Below, piece by piece: positions 38,941 to 50,820 of a stretch of 64,000 bases of DNA (positions are counted from its first letter, which is position 1; each line of letters begins with the position of its first letter). Below the pieces are notes generated by a model that had not been told where the DNA came from, made no database searches, and saw only the letters and a program-made list of their open reading frames with translations. The DNA comes from Octopus vulgaris (taxonomy: Eukaryota). The stretch lies in assembly GCA_951406725.2 (NCBI GenBank), contig OX597826.1, positions 38,626,001-38,690,000 on the forward strand, given 5' to 3'. A program made the position numbers and the translations under genes.

Positions 38941-39828
38941 TGGACAGCTATAAGCAAAGTGAAGTCTGTGTTAGTCTCCTAGCATCACTTGACAACTTGT
39001 GTTGGTGCGTTTATGTACCTGTAACTTAGCAGTTCAACAAAAGAGACCATTAGAATCAGTAAACAGGCTTAAAGTACTGGGATTGATTTTTCTTTTTTTT
39101 TTCTTCTGGACTAAAATTCCCCAAGTCGGTGCCCTAGGATGGTTGCAGTCTAATGGCTAAAATGAGTAAAATATATGCATGCATGCACACACATATTAGT
39201 TGCAGTCATTTAAAACTCAGGTCAATCTCGATGCACCATATCTGATATCAAAGGTGTTTCTGACTTGGTCATTCTGTCTTTTTCCCAGATCTGGTATGCC
39301 ATCTTTGGCAAGTGTCTTCTGCTATAGCCTCGAGCTGACCAAAGCCATGTGTATGGATTTGGTAGAGAGAAACTGAAAGAAGCCTGTGTTGGTGTGTTTA
39401 CATTCCTTTAAGTTAGCAGTTCAGCACAAGAGGCCAATAAAATAAGCATCAGGTTTTAAAAAAGACAATAAGTACTGCAGTTGATTCATTCAACTAAAAT
39501 TTTTCAAGGTGGTGTTCTAGCATGGCCACAGTCTAATAACTGAAACAAGTAAAACATAACACATACATACATACATAACTACATACATAAATGCATACAT
39601 ACATAAATACATACATACATACGTACATATAAATATAATAATTGAAGATTTAGACAAATACATATAATTAAATTAGTGTGTTTAAATCAGCACAGTATAG
39701 GCTACCTGTTGTCATTCCATAGTTGTGACACACTGCCATTGGATTTACTTCAGGAACTTTGCAGCAGCAGTCAGGGTAATAGTATTAATTGATAGTAGGA
39801 GATGGATTTTAAATTAGACTTTTATTAG

Positions 39829-39873
39829 GTACAACATATGTTTCGACCCATCAGTCTGGGTCTCTTCAGGTAC
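39829..39873 (-). ncRNA. Minimal type-I hammerhead ribozyme motif
   Basis: GUAC-CUGAAGA-GACCCA(gacuga)UGGGUC-GAAA-CAUAUG-UU-GUAC: intact core, 6-bp helix II, palindromic loop III, GUU triplet. Confidence 0.8.
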
Positions 39874-40604
39874 ATTGATAAAGAAATCTCACTAGATATT
39901 TTTTTGTGTTGGCTGGCTTGTTGTTATATGCCTATCCAGAAATAGTGATAAATATACTGAACAGAACCAATTCATCTGGTGCTCGCAGCATGAAAACAAA
40001 CTAAAAAACCAGCCAGTTATGCTCATGCAGAGACAATTCCAAACGTTTTTTGGACAATCAATGTATGACCAAAAATGTGATATATAAGTGCACTGTAAAC
40101 ATGAGAGGTGACCCCCTATGTATATATTGGAGCCTCAGCAGATATTTTCAAAAAACGGTATCATAACCACAATGTCAGCTTTCAAAAAATCCTTAAATGG
40201 CATGTAACATCACTGGCTGATTTTATCTGGAGGCTCAAGGAAGTGAAGGCAATATATGACTTGACCTGGTCTATAATCAGACATGTGAGTCCCTACAACA
40301 CATTATCCTGGAAATGCCAGCTATGTTCCAAAGAGTCACTCTGAATATTATTAACAAAGGAGCACGTTATAAATAGATTTATGGAACAATTACCCAGATT
40401 CCTATATGCGCTAAACACACATTCAAATTATAATCTTAACCATACCTAACTTATGTAAACCTAACACTCACAACTCTGATTAACCCACCTGAGTTTTTAC
40501 CCTTAATTTCTACAGTAATAATAAAATGGAGGGGATCAAGATGGTTTCATCAACTTTTAGACATTATATTAATCTATTTATTTAAAAAAAAAACAATTAT
40601 AACA

Positions 40605-42042
40605 ATATACATACATGTATAACATATTATGCTTTACATATATAATATATAAAATATAAAAATACCAGTAATTATTAAAATATATAACGTAAAGCATAGG
40701 AAGTAGAATAGTATCTTACAGCTGTTTCAGCCACGAGGTGATAGTACCCCACTTTACTTCCATCCCTTCCTTATTATATAGGTAAAGTAATTTATATTAG
40801 TGGTAGAATAACTACAAAATTATTACTAGAGAATTTTTTTTTATATTTACGATTATCATGAATGAATTGTTCAATAATATTTAAAATCTCTTTAATAATA
40901 TTAGTTTTAACTTGAGCCCCATAAGGAACAATTAACCAAATTTTATTCCTATTATTTATATTTTTATTATTTTATACTTTTTATAAAAATATATATTATT
41001 TGTTATTTATGTATCGGCTTATGTCTATCAATGTTTGAGTTGCATAATAGTGGTTTTATCTCTAATCTATATTTTATACACACACACACACACACATGCA
41101 TGTACACACACATATACACATTTACATACATACATACATATATATACCCACACACACATATATTATGAAAACAAAAAAAACTGATTAAATCCAAAGGGAA
41201 GTACTAGATAATGTTATTACTTTATATACTTCTGGAGTGTATACATACCTACCTAAACCTACATATGTGTGTATGCATACATAAATATATATATATACAC
41301 AAGTAAATGCACAAAGATAGTTTCTAGTGCTATTTGTAAAAGGTATACCCAATTTTATGAAGACAGGAAATGTTGCATTCCTTAAAGCTGTTAATAAGCA
41401 GAATTTTAGTCCCAATTATAAAGAAAAATTTGTTAATACATAACATATGTTTTCTATTTTTAGTATTATATGCAGGAGCTCTTGTTAATATTTTTCAATT
41501 TAAATTTCTCCTATTTCTGTTTCTAAATGTATAGTTATGATAATTAAGTCTCTGTTACATATTGTTTTTTGTCACACCCACATACACCTTGCTGTCATAT
41601 TGTGTACTTACTATACATTGATATACTGCCTCCTTTCTAATGCAGTTATTATTAAATACACAATTATTACTTACTCTACAATCACATGTTCTGTGTGGCT
41701 GTGTAGGGTTTATGTTATTGGGGGTTGACAGTTATTAAATTATTAGTTCTGTGGCTATTGTTGATCCTAATAATGTTATTATTGTTTATACTATTGTGAT
41801 CATTAATGTTAGTATTATTATTTACACTTCCATTGTTGCTGTCGTCGTCGAGAAGTTTTCTTTGAGGTCTTTAATTGTTATGCATGGTCTAATAGGAGTA
41901 AACAGTTCTGTTTTATCACCTACATTAAAATCTAGCATAATATTTCTGGTTTCTAGGTTTATCTTTCTTAGTGTGATATTAGGTTCTACCTTATATCTTT
42001 TTGTGATTTCCCTATGTATGAGTTTGTGGTATTTGCTGGGGT

Positions 42043-42079
<37 letters not shown>

Positions 42080-42701
42080 TCTAGTTTTATCCGAATGTGT
42101 TAAAATACCACTTTTGGTATCAAATGTTCTTATAAGTTCTTTCAATTTTCTCTGGTAATGAGGGGATGATTCTTATGGTATTCCAAAGTTCTTGTTCAAA
42201 GTTATCCAGATGCTTGTTCGCTGGTGGTGCTTTTCTGGATTTGAATATATGTTTAGTGAGTTCTAGTATTCCAGCATTATCATTTCTAGAGTTGTGATTG
42301 TTGCAGGTTCCTGAGTCCAAATGGGGTAAGCTTCCTTTCATGGTGATATATCCTCCATCGAATTCTATGAATGAATTCATTTACCCTGAAGATTAATTCC
42401 TTAATATATGTGTCTTTAGGTGGGACAGGTATGTCCTTCAGTGAGGAGTCCATCTTTATGAACTTTCTAAACTCTCTGACGAAGCCCAGAGGCACACCCA
42501 AGTACCTTAATCTTATCTACCAAATACTTCAGTTCACTGAAGGGATGGAAGTAAAGTGGAGTACTATGGCCTCTTGGCTGAAACAGCTGTAAAATACTAT
42601 TCTACTTTCTATGCTCTACGTTATATATTTTAATAATTACTGGTATTTTTATATTTTATATATTATAGATGTAAAGCATAATGTTATACATGTATGTATA
42701 T
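40605..42701 (-). mobile_element. Internally deleted Naiad-type Penelope-like element 2 nested in element 1
   Basis: N-terminus MDSSLKDIPVPPKDTYIKELIFRVNEFIHRIRWR, FKSRKAPP, SDKTRNIY, ITIKDLKENF (42453-41850). GIY-YIG RTCDCRVSNNCVFNNNCIRKEAVYQC..VYVGVTKN..RLNYH (41690-41330). IR 40605-40769 / 42539-42701. Confidence 0.82.
42473..42597 (+). ncRNA. Hammerhead motif with greatly extended helix II
   Basis: CUGACGA (42476-42482), helix II AGCCcAGAGGC...GCCUCUuGGCU (42483-42579), GAAAC-AGCU-GUA (42580-42591). Confidence 0.62.
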
Positions 42702-43109
42702 GGCTTTACATACATATCTATGCATATTTATATATGTCAGTGTATGTATATGTATGCATATGTATACATGTGTGTATGTATATATATATATATGCATGTA
42801 TATGTATATGTAGGTGTAAGTATGTACGTATGTAAATGTATGTGTGTGTGTATATGCACAAACACGATAATACTTGTCTAAGTATTTATCTTCCTTTCAC
42901 TTTCTACTTTCTTTTTCCTCTAAGGAGTTACAACAGTGAAAGTTGATTTTGTTATTTTATCTAAACTGGAACAAATGTTTTCCATGTTCGTATTTGAATT
43001 TTTTGCATTTCTACAATATTTTTTACTTTTATTCCATCTCAAACTGGATAGGCATATAACAACAAGCTAACCAACACAAAAAAATATCTACTGAGACTTC
43101 TTTATCAAT

Positions 43110-43154
43110 GTACCTGAAGAGACCTAGTTTGATGGGTTGAAATATATGTTGTAC
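43110..43154 (+). ncRNA. Minimal type-I hammerhead ribozyme motif (inverted partner copy)
   Basis: GUAC-CUGAAGA-GACCU(aguuugau)GGGUU-GAAA-UAUAUG-UU-GUAC; stem substitutions give G-U wobbles. Confidence 0.72.
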
Positions 43155-43224
43155 CTTATAAAAGTCTAATACAAAATCCACCCCCTACTATCAATTAATA
43201 CCATATACATGCATACATATATAG

Positions 43225-44005
43225 TGAGAATTTACAAAGAAACAAAAGACGAAGACAGGTGTGTGAACAATAAACAGATGTATTAGTTTAACGCTCACGA
43301 AGTGAGAAAGTCTTTTACGTTTCACGCCTATGCTCTTCGACAGAAAGGAACACAGAAATAAACAGGGAGAGAAAATAGAAAAGGTTTAGTGGCTAGCGAT
43401 CTATCATGACGAATGCCGGACAGAGGGGTCACACAAGAGAGCTAGGAAGAAGGGGAGATAATAAAGTAGTGGTGATCCCAAAATGAAGGCGCGCTTGCGT
43501 GTGTATGTGAGAGCATGTATGTGCATGTGGAAGGGGCTGGTGACCTTGACATGTGCATGTGTAGATGGTGTAGTTGCTGGGAAGTGGTCAGTGCTAGTGT
43601 GTGCAGGGTGGTGTGGTATGGTGGGCTGGTGCTGTGTGGTGTGGTGATGTGTGGTGTGGGAGAAGTGAAAGTGGAGGAAGCAAGGGTGGGGTGGGATGGG
43701 ATGTATGGGGATGGTGGGTTGGAATGTGTAAGGGTGGGGTAGCGAGGGAGGGGGTGACACTGAAGGGAGGGTGGAAGGGAGAAGGTGGGTAGGAGTGAAG
43801 AGAGGAAGTAGGTGTCAGAGCAAGAGAGGAGAGGTGGGTGGAAGTAGGTGTGAGAGGAAGAGAGGAGGTGGGTTAGATGAAGAGGGGAGGAGAGTTGAGC
43901 CCATGTGACACAAAGGAGCAAAGAGAAAAGATTAATCCCTGCTCACGGCGAAGACGGGAGTCCAGATGGCCATCGTGCAAGGACAATCCAAATACAGACG
44001 GGTGT
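43225..44005 (-). mobile_element. 3' end of a Poseidon/Neptune-like PLE (GIY-YIG tail, 3' UTR, pLTR)
   Basis: VFGLSLHDGHLDSRLRREQGLIFSLCSFVSHGLN..* (cf. REQ.LIF.L.T..P.GLN). pLTR 43225-43400 is the reverse complement of the solo copy at 37971-38145. Confidence 0.75.
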
Positions 44006-45339
44006 TGTATATATATATATATATATATACACACAAAACTTCAGCCATGTAACTACACACATACTGTTGGTGATATTTTCTTTCACTGGACTTTTCCATT
44101 TTCCTCTCTGATGAAGAGCTATGCATGAAATGTCAAAAACCCTCTTTTTAACTGAGCATCAAACTAATACATTCTATGTGCATATCCTCTTGTTGTTTTG
44201 TTATCATTGCTTTTTATACTGGTGGCACGTAAACACACCCTGGTGTCATGCAAATGGCATCTCTGCTGGTGGCATATGAAATCACTCATTACACTCCCAG
44301 AGCGGTTGGTGTTAGGAAGGGCATCCAGCTATAGAAAAACCATGCCAAATCAGACTTGACTCTGGTGCAGCCTTCCAGTATACAAGCCTGGTCAAAAACT
44401 GTCCAACCCATGCCAGCATGGACAACAGACGTTAAATGATGATAATGATGATGATATATAGTTCAATGCATCTTTCCTTTTGTAAGCAAGGAAGCTGTAA
44501 TTTTGAAGGAGATTCACCTGCTCTTTTTAATACATACATACACATATGAATGTATTAATGCACACACAAACCATGGATTTTGTTTTGAAGCACTTGAATG
44601 TTTCTGGTTCTGTTTCTGGCCCATCTCTTTCTACCCCACATATTCTACATTTTCTTCAATACTTTAATGCTGTTCAAATCTTGCCTCTCATTCACCACCC
44701 TTCCTCTCTCTCTTTCTTAATCTACTCATCTGCTCACAGACCTCAACAGTGTCAAGTAAGACTGTATATAATAGAGCATCTTACACATACACATGCACAT
44801 TTCTCGCTTCCCCTTGCCAAACTCTCACACACATTTATAAAATTACATTTATTCTCTCTTCCTTCCACCCTCCCTCTCTCAAATACACTCACACAAGTTT
44901 GTATATACATATGCACGGCTGCTTAGTGAGGGTGTCAGCCAAGCTATAGTATTTACCAAGTGGCCCTTGTCACAATTACAAGAAAACAGAAAAACACATA
45001 CAAATACTGTAAATTATAGAAAACAATTCTATACATGTGTGTAATAGCTATTTGTCACATATCCATAAAAATAGCCTTCCACATTTAATGTTGTGACATT
45101 TGATGATACTGTAATATTCTAACATATTACCAGGAGGCACTGACTTGCCTGTACAAATTTATTTTCTCCATTTCTAAGCACATACATACACACAAATATT
45201 TATGAAAGAAAACAAACACAGATTCATCCTCAAATATACACCATTTCTTTCTAGCTTTCTCTCTCCCTCTCTTTCTCTTTTTAATTATGTCTGATTTAAT
45301 ATGTATTAGATATGCAATTAACAACTTTCTCACTGCAAA

Positions 45340-46894
45340 TTAGTAAGACTAGTGTAGGAACCTTGATCTGCTAGAATTTAAAGATAAAACTCCCCTTGAA
45401 TCACATTCCACCATGTTATTTAAGAATAGATAACACAGACCAAGAAAACTATAAAATACATGGTCCTAGTTGAAATGTTTTTGATAACTGGATTACTTGT
45501 TCGGGGTTGATCTGGGTGAGATTAAACACCAATAATAATACTACCATCACCAATTTGAGAAGGCTGTATGCAGTTCCCAACCACACTAGAAATACAAGCC
45601 AAATATCCTTCTAATCACACACTATCATTCTAAAAGAAAAAAAGAGAACATATTGGTACAGATATGTTTGTGTGGTAAGAAGCTTGCTTTCCAACCATGG
45701 CACCTTGGGCAAGTGTCTTCTATTATTGCATCAGGCCAACCAAAGCTTTGTGACTGGATTTGGTAGATGGAAATTGAAAGAAGCCCATTGTATGTATATA
45801 TGTATATATATATATGCCAATGTGGATTTGTGTCTGTCTGTGTTTGTCCCCTACCCCCATCATCAATAACTTAGTGGTTCAGCAAAAGAGAATAATAAAA
45901 TAAGTACCAGGCTTAAAAAATAAGTACTGGAGTAGATTCATTTGACTAAAAAAAATTCAAGGCCTTGCCCCACCATGGCCACAGTCAAATGACTGAAACA
46001 AGTAAAAGATAATAGATAAAAGATTGGATAATGCAGTCTAGGGAACAAAATGCCTGATACAATACAGGACGTTATAGGCTGACTCTGGGGCTACGCAACA
46101 ATGCATCACCATCTGGTTGTTGTTAGGGTAATTGACTTGGTGCGGTAATATTATTGTTGATATCATTCACACCTAAGTCAGTGAAGGCATTCCAGCCATC
46201 ACTACCTCTTTTTGCTTGCCTAGGACTATTTTTTTTCCAATACGTCCAGTTGGCATTGTGTGATTTGAGGGAATATGGCTGCTGTTCCTAGCCAGTTCAA
46301 TGGTACCAGAGAGACATCTTGTTATTTGTGTTTATGAAGTTGTTGTTTATTTCCAGGTCAACTCTGATTGAGTAGAACTATAACCAAATGCATTCCAGCT
46401 ACAACTATCCTGTCTTTTTGTGTACAAGGAATCTGGGCCACTATTCACAAATTCCTTTCTAAGATGGTAGCTCTGAGGGATATTTGGCTGTTATTTCTAT
46501 TAGTGTTAATAATAGTTGCTATTGTTTAGCTCTGTATTATCTCTGATAAAATAGGCCTGGTCAAAAAGCATTGTAATTGTGACCATTCAATGTGTGTGTC
46601 TTTGTGTTTGTAACCCACCACCACCACCACTTGACAACTGGTATTGGTTTGTTTACATCCCTGTAACTTTGTAGTTCAGCAAAAAGAGGCTAATAGAATA
46701 AGTATCAGGCTCTAAAATAAAAAAAAAAGTACTAGGATTGTTTGATTAAAACCTTCAAGGTGGTGTCTTCCTAGCAGGGCTGCAGCTAATGACAGAAACA
46801 AGAAAGAGTCAGTTTTGTTTTGCATTTCAGACACAGTGTATCTAAAACCATATTATCTTCTTTTATGAGGCTATAGAGTGTGACTTGAGGAGGA

Positions 46895-46938
<44 letters not shown>

Positions 46939-47010
46939 GGAGAGATACAGAGAGAGAGATTTGGTTGCTATTTCTAGCAGGTTGAGTGACTATGTATGTA
47001 GAGGTCTCAT
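45340..47010. repeat. Cluster of an old 180-200-bp interspersed repeat in both orientations, mixed with SINE A pieces
   Basis: Recurrent motifs CTGCTAGAAA.AGC..AAAT.TCC.TC.AATCAC and (CAA)n ends; further copies near 11700-11890 and 63770-63968. Confidence 0.5.
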
Positions 47011-47294
47011 ATACTGTGATAGTCATGATGATGATGATAGAGTTCTGTCTTGATAAACTGAATAGGTAAGAATAAGAAGAGAGAAATAAGTGAACAGTCT
47101 TTTTTATCTACTTCAACTTACCACTCCTCCTTTCCTTTACCCCACCATACCTTCCATTGTTTTCATTTACCAATTTTTCTCCTCCTCCTTCCCCACATAA
47201 CCTATATTTCCTTTTCTATTCATTTCTTTATTCCTCTGCCACCACCATCACCACCTCCACATTTTGTGTTCAGACCTCTTCTCACTCCTATTAT

Positions 47295-47479
47295 ACTTAC
47301 ACTTTACACTTTTTATTTGTTTCAGACATTTGACTGGGCACCACCCCAGGACTTCTTCTTTGTAAGCTTAGCACTTATTCTATCGGTTTCTTTTGCCGAA
47401 CCACTAAGTTATGGGGACATAAACACACCAGCATCAGTTGTCAAGCGATGTTGGGAGGACAAAAACAGAAACACAAACT

Positions 47480-47531
<52 letters not shown>

Positions 47532-47681
47532 TACGATGGGCTTCTTTCAGTTTCTGTCTACCAAATCTACTCACAAGGCTTTGGTCAGCCCGAGGCTGTA
47601 GTAGAAGACACTTGCCCAAGGTGCCACGCAGTGGGACTGAACCCGGAACCATGTGGTTGATAAGCAAGCTACTTCTGCACC
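47295..47681 (-). mobile_element. SINE family A, near full-length copy
   Basis: Reverse-complement match to 3584-3990. Confidence 0.85.
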
Positions 47682-50588
47682 TATCTTTAGCTTTTTAACA
47701 TCATTCTTTCTTTCCCCACCTCTTCTGACTCCCTCTCTCACTAATCCGCCACTTCCAACACCACTGCTCTGTTTCTTTAGTCCTCTCTCCCTCTCTCTAT
47801 TTCTGGCTTTTCTATTTGCTTCTTTTTTCCTTGCTCATGTTTCTCACCCTTCTCCTCTCCCCATTCCTTCAAGTTCCCATATACATTTATTTGACTTTAG
47901 GAGAGAAGTAAAACTGAAAGGATGGGGGGGGGGGTAAAAATCTCCTCCTCTTTCAATAACAGCTGCTTATGTTATTGAAATGATAATGAAGATAATGATG
48001 AAGTTTGTTGGTGATGATGGTTGCCAAAACTCAAACATGATCCAACAGATTTATGATAAAAATTATTACATCTGCAGCTTTATGGATAAGTAGAACTTAT
48101 CCCTATTTTGACAGGTAAGGTAGTCTAACCTCTTAACCTGCAAGAAATAATAGACACATTTTCCTAACCACAGATTATGTGGCCAGCTTACCTGTCAAAA
48201 TATGGTGGCAAGGGCCTTTGATCTCCAGTCTCACTGGCCTTGTTAGCTTTGTCTTGTTGATGATCTCTTGTTGTATCCCCAACAGGGCTCTCCACAGCAC
48301 AACTGACCCTTCACAACATGGAGCCAGCTTGGCCTGTACCCCACTGACATCCATCCCTCTCTCCCTTTAGTGAATGTCTGGTTCTCTCAAAAGTTATGGA
48401 ATGCCATCCAGTGTAGTATGATCTCAGATGAGATAGTGTGCGAATTTGACCATCACCATCTTCCATGTTTCTGCTCAGCCTCTGAGCCTCACAGTGGAGC
48501 CAGGCTTAATGTGGTGCCATCACTTGTGACTGGCACTCAGCCTGCTAATGACTGTCTGTGCATGTTTCCCTAAAGCTTAACCTCCAGATCTGTGAGCCTC
48601 ATGAATACCACAGTGGATCCAGGCTCTACTGCTCATCAGGCCGAAAAAAAGGAAACTGTCAAAGTATCAGTCACTCTCTGATAGGTTTATGGTTGAGTTT
48701 GTGACAGTATAATCCTCCAGTGTTCTCTGCCCTGAAAGGGCAGAGATGGCTATCTGCAAATACAAGCCCCATGAATCACTGTGACTGTTCCAGTGTATCT
48801 CCCTCACTGTCCTCTGGGGCAATGCCTTTTCCATTTTGTCAACTGGGACCACGAGTCAGTGTTAATTAATATGAGAAATTCAATCAAAAATTAAGTCTAG
48901 TAGTTAATTCATACTTCATTATACATCTCAAGCATTCACTCAGATTACTTTTTATTTATCAGTGGCTTGGTAAAGGCACCTTTGTAGATTCCAGTTGAAT
49001 GATGATGATGATGTTGATAGGTCATTATACAGAAAGGCTAATGCTTTTGACTCAAGGTGTAAGATGAAAAGAGCAGAGAGAAAATAAATAATGGGATGTG
49101 AAGGAAAGAGGTGCAGAGAAAGATGAAAGAACAAATAGCTGAGGGTGATGGAAAGAGGTAAGCTGAGTGATAAGAGTAATAGAATTGTGGTGATGATAAT
49201 CCTGTAGCTATATGATTATGTGGAGTTGGTGATGGTTATGGTGGTGGTGCTGCTGATAATGAAGTTGGTGATATAATGGTAATATTGGTTTTGGTAGCAG
49301 CAATGATGTTCTTATGGTAGTGGTAGTAGTGATGGAGATGATGGTCAGTTAATGAAGCCACCCTACCAAAATAGGAATTTTTGTACCCTCCCCTCTTTAT
49401 TAAAGACTTACAAGGGTTTAAAAGCATCTTTAACCCTTTAGTATTTAAACTGGCCTTGTCCGGCTCAAATATTCTACCAATTTTAAGTTCAAACTGGACA
49501 GATCTAGCATCTCACACCTACCGTGCAATGTCATTCTAGAAATATACTGTTATATCATTGAAATCTTGAAACTATGAGATAAAGCATGACTAATTCAAAG
49601 CCCACCTCAGATGAGAAACACTGACCCGTAGTAAATGATGATGTGCCAAGGTGGTGGTACTTGTTTTTTGGTGGTACTTTACGTTCTGAGTTCAAATTCC
49701 GCCGAGGTCGACTTTGCCTTTCATCCTTTCGGGGTCGATAAATTAAGTACCAGTTATGCACTGGGGTCGATGTAATTGACTTAATACCTATGTCTGTCCT
49801 TGTTTGTCCCCTCTATGTTTAGCCCCTTGTGGGTAATAAAGAAATAGGTACTTGTTTTTAGAAGGACGGAAAGGAACATGGAGTGTGAGGGGTGGGCTTA
49901 GGTAGGTAGTTAGGAAGGTAGGCAGCAGCAGCAGTAGTAGTTGTTGCTGTTGTTGTTGAAATAATGTCATTTGAGAAAAAATGGTGATGATGATGATGAT
50001 GAAACTGATGCAGTAGTAGGGGTATTGGTGAATAGATATAGTAGCACCTGTAGCAGTACTTTAATAATCCTTTCTACTATAGGCACAAGGCTGGAAATTT
50101 TGGGGGAGGAGACCAGTCAATTACATCGACCCCAGTGTTTCACAGGTACTTAATTTATCAACCCTGAAAGGATGAAAGGCAAAGTCAACCACAGCAGCAT
50201 TTGAACTCAGACTGTAAAGACAGGCGAAATACCACTCAAGCATTTTGTCTGGCATGCTAACGATTCTGCCAGCTCACCGCCTTAGCAGTACTTTAATAAT
50301 GTTATAAAAATTATGATGGTGATGATGGTTGCAGATACAGCTGAGTAGCTAAGTTTCCTTTTCTATCACGGGGTCCTGGGATTGACCCCACTGCATAGTA
50401 TCTTGGGCATCTTTTACTATAGCATCAAGTCACACCAAGTCGTCAACCTGTAAGTGACTTGGATAGACAGAAATTGTCTGGAAGTCTGCTAGATTTAATG
50501 TATCTGTAATTCCAGAGTTCAGCTATATTACATGTTGTTTTTACACTGATTGAGAGTGAGAATTATATTATACATGTATCTGAGGAAT

Positions 50589-50820
<232 letters not shown>

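Larger units (their letters stand above)
39782..43201 (+). mobile_element. 5'-truncated Naiad-type Penelope-like element 1 (GIY-YIG at 40015-40430) bounded by inverted pLTR copies
   Basis: CSCRDNSKRFLDNQCMTKNVIYKCTV/YVYIGAS..FKKRYHNHNVSF..TSLADFIW.LK..W.II..Y..KCQLC.KE; IR 39782-39939 / 43044-43201, each arm with a hammerhead. Confidence 0.82.
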
